64,000 nt of DNA from assembly GCA_010909165.1 (NCBI GenBank), contig MU008174.1:992001-1056000 (forward strand), read 5' to 3'. The notes beneath the pieces are model-generated. The model did not search any database. It had not been told where the DNA came from and worked only from the letters and a program-made list of their open reading frames with translations. Positions 25,653-37,667 of this stretch are shown here, in pieces; position 1 is the stretch's first letter, and each line of letters opens with the position of its first letter. Source of the stretch: Anthoceros angustus (Eukaryota > Plantae > Anthocerotophyta). Made by a program: the position numbers and the translations under genes.

Positions 25653-26714
25653 GCTCCTAGAAGATTGGGGGTGGGTGCTATATGACAGCACATCATCATG
25701 AAGAAAAAAGAAATTCACAACGAATAAAGGCACGATAGAGGGTGAAGAGAGAGCGGGGTAAAATGTGGTCATGACTCTCCATGTTCCTTTTTTAGTAGGT
25801 AGTGAGTTGTTTGTGCCTTCGGTGAGAATGAAAGTTACGTAGGTAGTCGTACCACATGACGAGCATGTGTTTGTAGTAGATTATTATTGATATTTTTCTT
25901 AATAAAAAATTGATATTTTTTATTATACATATACATGGAAACTACCTTAAAATACCTGAACAGTTAGTGATAATATTGATATTTAAATTTTTTAACTTAT
26001 TTTCATCTTCTCACTAATATTTATTACTGACCACCTAATGGATAATTACTTTTCTCATTTTAGAACATGTATAACGCTCGTTAGGGCTGCAGACGCATGT
26101 ACTAGGAAGTTGAACTCACGGTTGCCAGATTGCCGAGGGAGTTGATCGACGCGACCGGGATTTTCAATGAAGTGTTTGGCCAGCATCCTTTGATCCTCGG
26201 ATGCAAGAATCAGCTTTGAAGAATCAAGTGCGACATCAATACGGTCGGAAGTCTGTTGGATATCTGAAGCTGTGGCAGTCAGTCTGGCCCTGCGCTGAAG
26301 GGTTTGGCAACGTTTCTTCTAGGGTTTGAAGAGCTCAAGGAGGAGCTCCAAACAAGATCAAAGAGCTCGCGGATTGCGTTTCTGGAAGTGGATGCCTGGT
26401 GATTATTCTCGTTTCCCCTGGTTTTTCGAGACAGGAAAACCGAGTTGCACGATGGCTTGTGGTTTCAGCAGTTATGTCGAAGTGATTTGACGCTCTGCTA
26501 GTTGCGGATGTCGCGCGATTCACCGAGAGTCGGTGTTGGTGGTTTGGAAGGGAAGTGAGGGATAGTTCCGAGGCTGGTGTGATCGAGGTGTTGGTTCCAA
26601 TATTTTGAGTTGGAGGAAGTGCGGGGTCTGCGCTGTATTGGATTTAGGAAAGGCTGCCGCTTTGGCTTCGGGTTTGGTTGCTTGAGATCGCTGGGAGAGT
26701 GAGGGTCAGAAATC

Positions 26715-27692
26715 ATGTCGACGCTAGCAGCAGCCCGTGCGGATAATTTCTACTATCCGCCGGAATGGACTCCGGATCAAGGTGGCCTGAACAAGTTTCA
26801 TGGCCAACATGCTTTGCGGGAGCGAGCCAAGAAGATCGATCAGGGGATTCTGGTGATCCGGTTCGAGATGCCATTTAACATATGGTGTGGAGGATGCAAT
26901 GGGATGATAGCCAAGGGTGTGCGCTTCAACGCAGAGAAGAAGCAGGTTGGGAGCTATTACAGTACCAAGATATGGAGCTTCAAGATGAAGACTGCCTGTT
27001 GCAGGCATGAGATTGAGATTCATACTGACCCTAAGAACTGTGAATATGTTATTGTTGCCGGGGCTGAGCGGAAGACTGAGGTGTACGACGAGGCCGATGC
27101 AGGAACGGTGGTTCTCCCGGGTGAGGAAGATAAAGCCAATTTGGCTGATCCGTTCTATAGGTTGGAGCACGTGGGAGAGGATGTGGCAAAGGGGAAGCAG
27201 GCAGAGCCTCTGCTGATTCGTTTGCAGCGGTCGGCGGATACAAGGCATGCCGACTACTACTCCATGAACAAGGCCCTTCGTGCGAAGCTAAGGGAGCAGA
27301 AGAAGAGGGTTGCTGCTGAGGAAGCAGAGGCAAGGAGTAAAGGTTTGAGCATTCGATTGCTTCCCAGCTCAGAGGAAGATGCTCAAACAGCTGCTAGGGT
27401 GAATTTCGCTCGCAAGTTTGAGTCCAACAGGAAGAACAAGCGGGCAGCAATTCTGGCATCTTCGATATTCTCGGATCCTAGTGTTGCTCTCAAGAAGAAC
27501 CCTACTTCTCTTTCAAAGCCTTCGACTGGGCCGATGGTGGACAGGAAGATGGAGCTGCTTGCAAAGAGGAGGAGGATAAACGAAGCTGGGATTCACGACT
27601 CTATAACTGGCAGATTCAAGCCTTCTTCCAAGTCTGGTCTGCCCAAAGCCACTGTTGTAAAGCAGTCTGTAACTTTGAGGCCTGTTTCATGA
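26715..27692 (+). CDS. CCDC130: CWC16/YJU2-family splicing factor (CCDC130/YJU2B-like), intronless, 325 aa
   Basis: MSTLAAARADNFYYPPEW..IRFEMPFNIWCGGC..FKMKTACC..IHTDPKNCEYV: family N-terminus with zinc-binding CxxC and C residues. Confidence 0.93.
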   Translation: MSTLAAARADNFYYPPEWTPDQGGLNKFHGQHALRERAKKIDQGILVIRFEMPFNIWCGGCNGMIAKGVRFNAEKKQVGSYYSTKIWSFKMKTACCRHEIEIHTDPKNCEYVIVAGAERKTEVYDEADAGTVVLPGEEDKANLADPFYRLEHVGEDVAKGKQAEPLLIRLQRSADTRHADYYSMNKALRAKLREQKKRVAAEEAEARSKGLSIRLLPSSEEDAQTAARVNFARKFESNRKNKRAAILASSIFSDPSVALKKNPTSLSKPSTGPMVDRKMELLAKRRRINEAGIHDSITGRFKPSSKSGLPKATVVKQSVTLRPVS

Positions 27693-27988
27693 AGTTGAGG
27701 TCGGAACGACTGTACATTTCCTTTCGCCTAGCCATGGAGACATGAGTTGCTCTTTGGCAATATATATGTAGGTAGGTTATTCTTAACAAATAAAGACCTC
27801 AGTACATTCTGTGCCCCAGGATCTATATTACAACATTCTCGATTTAAGCCACCCTATTCCGGTCACCTGTCATGTCCATGCCTGTATCACAGTACCGACT
27901 CCAGAATCTCGTTTCCTAGAACGACCATGATGGCATCACCGGAAGGCAGAGCTAGTGGATCCATCGTTGGCCATACTCGGCCACCAAC

Positions 27989-28557
27989 CTAGGAACCAGT
28001 GTTCACACGCTCGCATTCATCAATCCATTCGCTATACCTGAACACGACAGGAAAAACACATCAGCAGCAGTGAACCACTCGGCGCCTCAAATTACGCAAG
28101 GAGGCAATCACTCCGCAACCACACAACAACCGCAGGAGAGGACACTTACACATCGATAGGAGCGCTCAAAGCTGCAAAACAAGGGCAAACTCAAGTCAGC
28201 AAACCCTACAACAAAAACTTCCACTCCGAAGCTACGAAAGAACACAGCATACACAAACTAAACCTAAGTCACGCCACAGAGGCCATCCCGTACCATCGAT
28301 GTTGGTGCTGTAGCTCTCCTGGCAAATTCGGCAAACCGCCTCTCCGATCTGATTTTTCCGATCCCTGACAAAACGAGCGTCAGCACCAATCTCAAACCAC
28401 CTGGTCGGTACTGGAATCGATACTCGCAACTTCCCAGTACTCACATCTTGCACTCGACGCTGCCGTCGTGATTGCAGAAGGGGCACGCAAACACGGTATC
28501 CAGCTTGTCCATACGCTTCTTGGGAGCAGGCTTGGCAGCGCTCTTCCGCTTCCCCAT
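27989..28557 (-). CDS. ELF1: Transcription elongation factor 1 homolog (ELF1/ELOF1), 4 exons, 84 aa
   Basis: Exons 28557-28445, 28364-28294, 28171-28150 and 28037-27989 with GT-AG introns give [84 protein letters not shown] (zinc ribbon CPFC/CRIC). Confidence 0.95.
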
Positions 28558-28732
28558 CCTGCCTGCACCGAATTCTCCACACACAGCACAAGACCAATTG
28601 ACAGAGATATGCCGCTTACAAGCCTTCTCAACCAGCCCCGGGCTCCAAATCCAGCTTCCACCTTCCTACCCGATCAGACTCCGCTTTGTCACCTCTCACG
28701 GCACCCCTAACTATTGTGCACAGAGTCCTGGT

Positions 28733-28740
28733 TAGGGTTT
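28733..28740 (-). promoter_or_regulatory. Telo-box (AAACCCTA) upstream of ELF1
   Basis: tagggttt on the plus strand; telo-boxes are common near plant housekeeping gene starts. Short motif, could be chance. Confidence 0.4.
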
Positions 28741-29799
28741 GAATGGCGTCCTGACTCCCGGCTTCCGAATTCGGACTTACCCGTAGTCTACCCATCGAGA
28801 TGAACTCTTGAATAAACGGGAATTTCAACCTAGATATGGACTCCCATGAACTTCTGCGCTCCGGATCCCAACAGTGGCGGACTTCCCCTTGCACTTGACT
28901 ATGACGTCATCCACATATGGGCATTTCATACCTATTCCATTCCCCATGGTTTCTACCGTCTTTGAAAGCAAAATGATTTCAATTTCTAGGTTCATTTGGC
29001 TTTATACGTTTTTTTTTTACTTCTTTTCTTTCATATTAATATTGTAAATATCATTTGCTAATTTCAAAAATTTTTACAATCAAGATTCATCCTTCCCCTG
29101 TTCATATCATTTGCGTCTAGCGATTTACTTCTTCGTTTAACCACGATTGAAACTTTGCCTATTCACACCATGTTCATTGGCTTCTTATATTATTTCTTAC
29201 TTTAGTTAAAAAGAATTCCTAGTTTGTACATTCAAAAGTTTAATAGCCAGTTTTACATTCTTTGCTTCTTCATACCATGTATATTTGGCTTTTATATTAT
29301 TTTTACTGATTTATATGAACTTTTTATTTCTTGGTTCCAAGACCAAGTTCCAACAAACCTCAGTAGATTAAGTTCCACCAAAGCACATTAGAGTAAGTTA
29401 AACCAAGTTCCAATTTAGCACACCGCTCATATGTACATACCGAAAAGAAGAACCGCAAACAAGCACTAGTCTCTCTTGCCTTTGACTCATCTAGTACTCG
29501 TCTTTTGCTCGTCCTCGCTGTCCCATTGGTTCGCTCCCAGGTACCCCTCTTTTCCTTTTAGGAAGAAGATCCAACATCCAACTCCAAGAATGTTTCAAAG
29601 TTATATGTTCTTCTTGGAGTTGCCTTGGGTATTCCTTGGCGACGTGGTTTGGGAACTCAGCTTCTAGTTGCTATGTGTACTTTCTTCAAGCCCCCTTGTG
29701 TATTGTTCTTGGAGGTTGTTTGATTCTTTGTCTTTGCATTGCTTTTGGTATTTTTTGTTGCAACATGTATTCCAATTGTGCTAGGACTTGCACTCGCAT

Positions 29800-30365
29800 T
29801 CCATTCCTCTCGATTCAAACATTGTTTCTTTAAAGTCGTGGCCGACAGTGTGAGCTTCGTTTGTCTGGCATGCTTAGTTATGAGATAAGGTGTTGGTGTT
29901 TGCTTGCAGACTGTGTAGGCGCACATAGATCTTCCTCATTTTCATCTTGCTCCACCTCTTCCCCTTCCTCTCTCCCTCCCCTCTTCGTGCTCCCCCTCTT
30001 CCTCTTCTTCCTCCCCATCTTCCTCCCCCTCTTCCTCTACCCCCTCCTCACCCAGCCCGTTCTTCTTGAAGAAGACAAGAAAAAAAACTCCCCACCCGGT
30101 TTGGTGCTAGAGGTAGAAAATAAATACAAGGGGAGGGCGGAGCCGCAAACAAGGAATAGTAAGAGGAGGAAGTAGGAAGGGAAGAGGAAGAGGAGAGGCA
30201 AGGAGGGGAAGAGGTGGGACAGGATGAGGATGAGAAAGATATGCAGCCAACACAAGTCTACAAGCAAACACCAACACCTTATGGAATAAAGCGTGCAAGA
30301 TACATGAAACTCATGCCGTTGGCAACAACGATGAAGAAATAATGTTTGAATCGAGAAAAATGAAT
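29800..30365. repeat. Imperfect long inverted repeat (arms ~29800-30040 and ~30160-30365)
   Basis: ctcgattcaaacattgtttc...ataaggtgttggtgtttgcttgcagac...ccacctcttcccc on the left arm reappears as its reverse complement on the right arm. Confidence 0.8.
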
Positions 30366-31801
30366 TGCACATGAATCATTTTGAACTAAGAAATATCAAA
30401 GAAGCTAAAGCGTAGTAGGGGATGACGAGAGGCCTAAGGCAAGGCCTTTGTGGTCAAGTGTTCAATTAAGTCCCCTCGGTGGCATTGCATATCCCTTTTC
30501 ACACAGGTGAATCTGGATATGCACCCGTTGGGCTTAATCCTAGAAAGGCCCACCCCCTTAGCTGCTCAAAACATGCTTTACATGTTTTCATCCAGAAATA
30601 TCATGAAAATAATTTCCTTTCCATATTGGCGTTGTTGTAGCAATATGCATTGTCTTAACTCTTCATGCAAAGCTTGAACCGCTCCATAAGTCATCGCTGC
30701 AACAATTTCAAGAAAGCCATCCAATACTTCGACCAACTCTATTGTGGCTTCTTAGTCCGGGTTAATGGGCTCAACAACCCTCTCCAACTCGCCGTCAACT
30801 GCGAAATAAACCTCATTTTGCATTGCGTCCATCATATGATGGATATCTTGTTTGCATGACACAGCTTGAGCCCTTCTCCGTCATAAATTTGCATAGAATA
30901 GGTTGGTTTTGATGACAATACTTAAGGAGCTGTGTCATGGTCTGATTCATCAACCACTACCACAAGTATGCATTAATTTTTCCCCACTCTTGAACATGAT
31001 GCCCCATACAACAATTGCAGAGGGCGTAAGGACCGTGATACATTTTTTTGTGAGGAAAACATGCTGATTAATAAGGCAACAACGTGCTGCCAATATTACA
31101 TGCATTTGCACAAAAAAATCCATGCTCTGATATCATGCATTTACACATATAAATCCATGATCTAACCTGATGATACATGATCAAATCCATGCTCTAATTC
31201 CATGTACGTACACAGATAAATCCCTCATCTAACCTCATACAAGATTATCTACATAGTCGCCTACATCATTTTTACACAGCACTGCTTGTCTCTTATCCCC
31301 TCATTAAGGACTTCCGCTTGTTCCTTATCCAATTTTACCTCCATCATTTCTACATGTTGCTTCAAGTCTCTCATCCCTTGAATAATGATATTCAATTGCT
31401 CTTGTGATTGTACAAGCTGCTCTTTGATCTGCAAAAGACCTATCACTCCGGAGAAAGACATAGTGCGTCCGATGTTGTTGACAAACAAAGACATCTAGAG
31501 TTGGTATGCCATGTTGTGTAAGGACAAGTGTGTAAGCACTAAAACCTTGTAAGGACTGGTGTGTAAGCAATACAACCTTGTAGCTTATACACTAAGTCTG
31601 TAAGTACTAGAACCTTTTCTGAAGATAGGACTTCCTTCCCTGGTGCCTCTATACCGAAGATGATTCGTCATTCTTGCAAACACCCCTCCAACATCCAAAA
31701 TTTGATCAACACCAAATAGCTCCAAATGGCTTAGGCCAAATGGACACATTTTTATAAGAATGTCGTGATTAAGCATCTTGTGCTTAGATCCGTACTTAGA
31801 T

Positions 31802-32434
31802 GGGTGTCTGAAGGGAGTGGATGCCCTTAGTGCAAGTAGTTTAGGCACACCATGGTACAAGTTGTTAAGTACCAAGTCCCATGGGTGCCTGAAGGGAGTG
31901 AATGCCCTTGGTGCAAGTAGCTTAGGCACACCATGGTACAAGTTGTTAAGTACCAAAGTCCCATGGGGTGCCTGAAGGGAGTGGATGCCCTTGGTGCAAG
32001 TAGCTTAGGCACACCATGGTACAAGTTGTTAAGTACCAAGTTCCATGGGGTGCTTGAAGGGAGTGGATGCCCTTGGTGCAAGTAGCTTAGGCACACCATG
32101 GTACAAGTTGTTAAGTACCAAGTCCCATGGGGTGCCTGAAGGGAGTGGATGCCCTTGGTGCAAGTAGCTTAGGCACACCATGGTACAAGTTGTTAAGTAC
32201 CAAGTCCCATGGGGTGCCTGAAGGGAGCGGATGCCCTTGGTGCAAGTAGCTTAGGCACACCATGGTACAAGTTGTTACATACCAAGTCCCATGGGGTGCC
32301 AGAAGGGAGTGGATGCCCTTGGTGCAAGTAGCTTAGGCACACCATGGTACAAGTTGTTAAGTACCAAAGTCCCATGGGGTGCCTGAAGGGAGTGGATGCC
32401 CTTGGTGCAAGTAGCTTAGGCACACCATGGTACA
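31802..32434 (+). repeat. 82-bp minisatellite, about 7.7 near-identical units, each with internal inverted repeats
   Basis: Units start at 31802, 31883, 31966, 32048, 32130, 32212, 32294 and 32377. Confidence 0.95.
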
Positions 32435-32576
32435 TGTTATTATTCTTCTTCTTCCGCCTTGAGATTGGCTCCCTCAAAGGAGGTCAATATCTAGAAGACC
32501 ATCAAGCACTAATAGCGAAGATCACTAAACGTTCATACTCCAAACACTCAATTCTTCGACACAATGACAATATAGT

Positions 32577-33030
32577 TTATACATAAGCTATTAGCACGTT
32601 TATGGATCCCAAGGCCTGGATGTGGCCTTGTTGGATGTACATGACGTCTTGAGGCAGTGCTGAGAATGTGGCAGCCAAGGCTGCCTCTGGTAGCTGTGTA
32701 GGGAACCTGCTGCGGAGCTCCTGTAAGCGATGAGCAGCTATCTGTTGTGCTTCCCCACTGCTGTCGCAATATACATAACGCCTGATAGGGAGGCCTGCTT
32801 TAAGCAAAGCCTCCGAGGCCAGTACAAATGCCGCCAAACAGCTCCACGAGAAAAAGGCCAGTGGCTGGGATGGGCCAATCAATCACCTGAGACTTGACAA
32901 CATGCTCTTGCATGGAGTCCTTGAGTCCTCGCTGCAGCAGAGCTTGCACCTGCTGGACATGCTCATGAGCATCTTGGAGCACACCCTCAACCTGTGTGGG
33001 ATGGTCAGCTGCCTTGATCAGATCTGTCAA
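32577..33030 (-). pseudogene. Truncated, frameshifted DNMT3-like DNA (cytosine-5) methyltransferase fragment, probably transposon-derived
   Basis: Joining ORFs 32800-33030 and 32577-32882 by removing one G at ~32813 gives LFLVELFGGICTGLEALLKAGLPIRRYVYCD...LPQDVMYIQQGHIQALGSINVLIA. This matches motifs I, II, III and the strand leading to motif IV; the sequence breaks off before the catalytic PC. Confidence 0.75.
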
Positions 33031-34323
33031 TCTGCATGTAGCTGCTGGAGTAGCTATCGATGATCTCCCCCAAGATCAAAGAGCAAGCCTCTTCTCCCAC
33101 AATTAAGCTTACACGGCCAAGTGAGCAGGCAGTAACCCCCCGATTCCATCCTACCAATGATCTTTGAAAGCTCCGGCGGAGGGCCCAGTCCGGTGGCCGT
33201 CACCGGTCACCTGGGCGGCCTTCCTCGCCCCGTAGAGAGAGAGAGAGCCCGGTGTGGTGGATGCCACCAGCGCCGAGACCGGTAGGCTCGTGGCAGTGGT
33301 CTGCAGCCCCACAACCACCACATGGCACGAAGCAGGAATAGCCGTGCGGCGGAACAGCGAAAGCGGCGAAACGTAGGATTCGCCGGCCCCGCTCGCAGCT
33401 GTCGGTCTGTCTGTGCGCCCGTGCGCTTTCTGCTCGGCCGATCTGCCCAATTCGCTGGTGCAGATCGGTACCACCTTCCCATGCAAGGTCCGTGCTGCGA
33501 GACCGGTGCAATCGTGGCCCGCCGCCCTGCCAGGATTGGCCCGCTCTCGATCCCCTTTCTTAGATCGCGGGACCAGTCCAGTCCTCAGAGATTTCGGTGC
33601 CCGGACATTTCTGCACGATTCCGAGCTTCCTGGCTTCCTGTCCGTGCAGCCTTCGGTGGCGGTGCTGATCTTCCAGGCTGGGGAATTTGTGGTACCTGGG
33701 CGGCGTAGCTGGAGTAGGATCCTGCTTGGAGCTCGAATATGGACGTTCTGTCCTAGGTTTCGTCTCGGTACAGGATGTCCTAGCGTTCTTGCAGGGGTGC
33801 GCCAGTTTCTTGGAGCTCTTGAATCATGGACCGTTCTTGATTTGAACATTCTGCTGTGAACTTAGTCAGATGGATAAATTTTGCCACTTCGCCGACCTTT
33901 GATTTTGTGTTCGGGATTTCACAGTAGATATGGCTCAGGCTTTCGAATCCAGTCCTGTGTTGTCGCAGCTGGACATTACGGTGCCTTTTTGAGGTCTTGA
34001 ATGGCGATCCTAGGATTTTGGGGACTCTGGAAGGGAACCTTTCGTCATTGGTCAGTGTGATGAGTGATATTTGCAGCAATGTGTTGAGGGTGTGGTTTAC
34101 GCACTTTATGGTCGGGTTTTGAGGGACTTTATTGTTCACGGTATGAAGGCACATTTCCAGACTTTGATTAGCTTTCTTGGAAGCTGGATTTCTTGTCGCT
34201 ATTTTGAGGAGCGCAGTGCTGTTTTGTTGGTGAATTGCCTCAGGTGTAGAACAGGACGTAACTGGAGGGGCACTGCTGAGTTTTCGAGTATGGAATTTGA
34301 CTGGTGTTAGTGTGTGTTTGCAG

Positions 34324-37300
34324 ATGCGTCGTGTAGTCTCATATGGGGGCCCAAGCAGTGTTCCTGCCTCCCAGAGGCTTAAGCACAGACTGGCAGAGAC
34401 AGCTGGCATGCGTGTGTTCTCTGACAGGCTTGGACAGGAGCAAGGGTTTCTGGCTCCTGTGGCTGAAGATGAGGAGGATGGAAGGGTCTTGCACAGTACC
34501 TCCTGGGCCACACGCAATTTCTTTACAACTGCATCTAACCTGAAGAAGTTTGTGAAGGGCTCCAGATTTTGGGGTGGCGCAGCTTTCAAAGAGCCTACTC
34601 AGCCTTCGGAGGACAGGACATCTGTTGCCCCCTTGCAAAGTGAAGGCATCCCCTCGCCAGCTGTTGCTAATGAAATAGATTCTGGCGACTCAGGTGAAGA
34701 GGGGATTGATGTTCCAGTAGAAGCTGGATCTCAGGCAGGGCAGGAGGATGTGAAGGATATCCAGGCCCGGACAGATTCCGACAGTGCTGATGTGGGGGCT
34801 CCAGTCTCAGCATTTAGCCACAAGAGGAGTGCGAGTGATCCGTCGAATTTGAGTCTTCCAAGGGTGGTTTCTGCTGTGGAGGATGGTGGTGGAGGAAATG
34901 ACTCTGTTGTACCGGAGGGCATGTCCCTATCACGTTCTGCCAATGTGGGGCCCAATTCTGACAGTCCCTCTGTGCCTGTGGTCGTTGAGTTCAAACATTC
35001 TCCTCACACTCTGCCAGAACGCCAAGGAGGCCGTGGAATTGAAAACAAAGAGGATGAAGGACAGACTCTGGAAAGACTCCATTGTTCTCAAGATTTGACA
35101 TGTAAAGTAAAACAAAACCATGATAGTCGAAATGCAGCTGCTTTGAAGATCCAATGTTACTACAGAAGTAGAGCGGCCAGAAGTCGGTACTTGTCCATCC
35201 GGGACAGTGCCCGAAAGGTACAGGCAATATATCGTGGAAGTAAGGCTGCTAGGGACTATCAACGTCTCCACAGAGCGATTGTGCACCTTCAGAGAGTGTG
35301 GCGAAGGCATAGGCTCTATCAAAAGCAAAAGGACGCCCTTGCTGCTGAGGTGGCTTTGCTACAGTTTGAGTTTTTGCAACACCGATCAGCTTCTCTAATT
35401 CAGAGCTGCTGGAAGGCTTATGTCCACAGATTAGCATTCCAAAAACGTTTGCAGGTGAAACTACAACAAAGTAATGCTGCAGTGGTTATTCAAAGAAAAT
35501 GGAGGTCTTGGCAACAGACACGGAAAGAGCAGCATGAGAGGATGGTAAGGGTACAAGCAGCAGTAATCATCCAGGCATTTGTACGCGGCACTGCTGTGCG
35601 GAGTATGGTGTACTCTTGGAACCATTCAGCTGCTGTCATCCAAAGGAGCTGGCGGGGTCATCAGCAAAAAATGATTGCTGACGCAACAGTCAAGATACAG
35701 GTACTCAGATTGACTGCTGCTGTTGTGACATCAACTAGATTGTCTCAAGTGGTGAGGAGGTGGGGTTGTAATGGTCAAACCGCCATATGATCTAAGCTAG
35801 TCTACAAAGTCCACATGACTGGCTAGGCATAAAGTCTAATTCTCTCAACTGTCCAATTGCAGGCTTGGTGGCGTGGATGCCATGAACGCCGTTGTTATCG
35901 TTGTGCTTTGAATAAGTACAAAGCATCTGTGATAAGATTGCAGTGTATGTGGCGGAGATATATGGCAAGGCAGATATTGTTGCAGTTACAATTTGAAAAG
36001 GGTGTGAAACAAATGGCAGCCATCTGTCTCCAGGCACATGCACGTGGTCATTTAGTACGTCAGTTGGTTCGACGACAACACATTGCTGCATCGACCATTC
36101 AGCATTCTTGGCGTAGTTATTGGTAAAGCCAGCTCTGATGTCAAAGGTGTCAGTTCCCTGTTTTGTTCCCATCTTCAGGCTTTTGATTAATCAAGTTGAG
36201 AGGACTTAAGCATCTTTTTGGTGGCATTGCAGGCGAGAGAAAAAATGTTTTGCTGCAGTGGCGATCCAGCGCTTGTGGCGTGGATCTAGGGATAGGAGAG
36301 CTATTTGTCACCAACATGAACAGACCAGGTTTCATGAATATGGCCTTAATACTGTAACATGGGAGCAGACAGCCTCAAACCCGTTGTCTGCTGCAGTTGT
36401 TTCAGAACGATTCAGTCTCGAAACAATGCTCAGCACTCAGGGTAACTCATTGGTGGAGAGTACAGACCAGAATTTAACGTCCGAAGTCGTTTCACAGGAC
36501 TCTTGTGACATAAATAGTTTTGAACATGTACTTTCAGACGCAAGCAGGAAGGACTGTGTCCATGTGGGAGATGACATGGAGCAAAAACTTGAACAACTGA
36601 ATTATTTGTCAGGTGCCATTTTGGAAGGCAGACATTTTGAAGGTAGTGAACTAGTAGAGGTGACCAGCTTCAGTTTGGCTATCAATTTACTTGACGAGTG
36701 TGCTGATCCGGCCCAAAAAGGGGCCTCTTCTCAAGAACTAGTAGAGAGGCCAGAAGATCACCCATCTTCTCCTGCCTGTGAGTGCAGGCGGACAACAGAT
36801 TTACCGTTTCCTGAGCATGGGGTCATGCAGGATGGGCTACCAGAAGGTGATATGCTTGCATCTGTTCCTGCTCATGCAGAGTGCAGAGCGGTAGATGTCT
36901 CTGAGGATGGCACACTTGGACCTGACATGATTATAAATTCTGACGTGTGCGGGCAGCATGAAGACTGGAATGATGTCCAGATAGATGCTTTGGACCAGTG
37001 TCTCGACACTTGCCTTGCAACCCTCACACCATTGCAGGCTGCATCGAGTCTGGAGTTGGATGAGCAAGTACTTCTGAATTCCCCATTAAGAGCAACAGGA
37101 AATAAAGAACACGCAGTCCTGAGGGAAGATGGGGACAGTGGCCATCATGAGATTACTCGCCCAGACTCTGATGCTGAGAACTCTCTTGCCATCTCGTCTT
37201 TCGATGTATCAATGACGTGTGGAGCATCGAGCAATGTTTCTGGTGCAGGGGTGCCATCAAAGCTTTCTGAACAGGTACATTTTACAGAATCAGAGTGTCG

Positions 37301-37394
37301 TACTTCTCTTTGCATAAGTCCTGTTCAACCCTTAACTCTTGTCTCAGCTGTGCATACACCAGAAAAGGGAAACCACACCGCGAAAGCAACCTAA
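34324..37394 (+). CDS. Multi-IQ-motif (calmodulin-binding) protein, about 12 IQ repeats flanked by acidic disordered regions; 5' and 3' ends uncertain
   Basis: Exons 34324-35700, 35863-36122 and 36233-37394 splice in frame with GT-AG introns (932 aa). IQ-like motifs include IQCYYRSR, VQAIYRGS, IQSCWKAY, IQRKWRSW, IQAFVRGT, IQRSWRGH, IQAWWRGC, LQAHARGH and IQRLWRGS. Confidence 0.8.
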
Positions 37395-37667
37395 TGGTAT
37401 GCATCAGCTAAGCATGCGGCGAAATGAAGAGAGGCTCCAACACTTTGCCCAAGTCTTCCTGCTCCAGCGACATATCTCACACCAGCAACTTCGAGCACAA
37501 TCAGCGCCGCCATTTCCACCTCCACATGTAAGCCAGCCTGTTTCCTTGTAATGAACATGCCTCTTGCAGTTGACTGGACCTAGTGTGAATTGCATCCTTT
37601 GGTCAATCTGTAAATACTTTGAAGCAAATCGCTCAAGCAACCGAAGGGAGAAAAAGCCGCCGCAACT

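Noticed and set aside
31802-32434. 82-bp array as a CRISPR array
   Set aside because: Units are contiguous and near-identical with no unique spacers; no cas genes; eukaryotic context.
33151-34589. Long minus-strand ORFs 33151-33849 and 33780-34589
   Set aside because: No recognisable motifs; GC-rich leader sequence, or the antisense shadow of the IQ gene.
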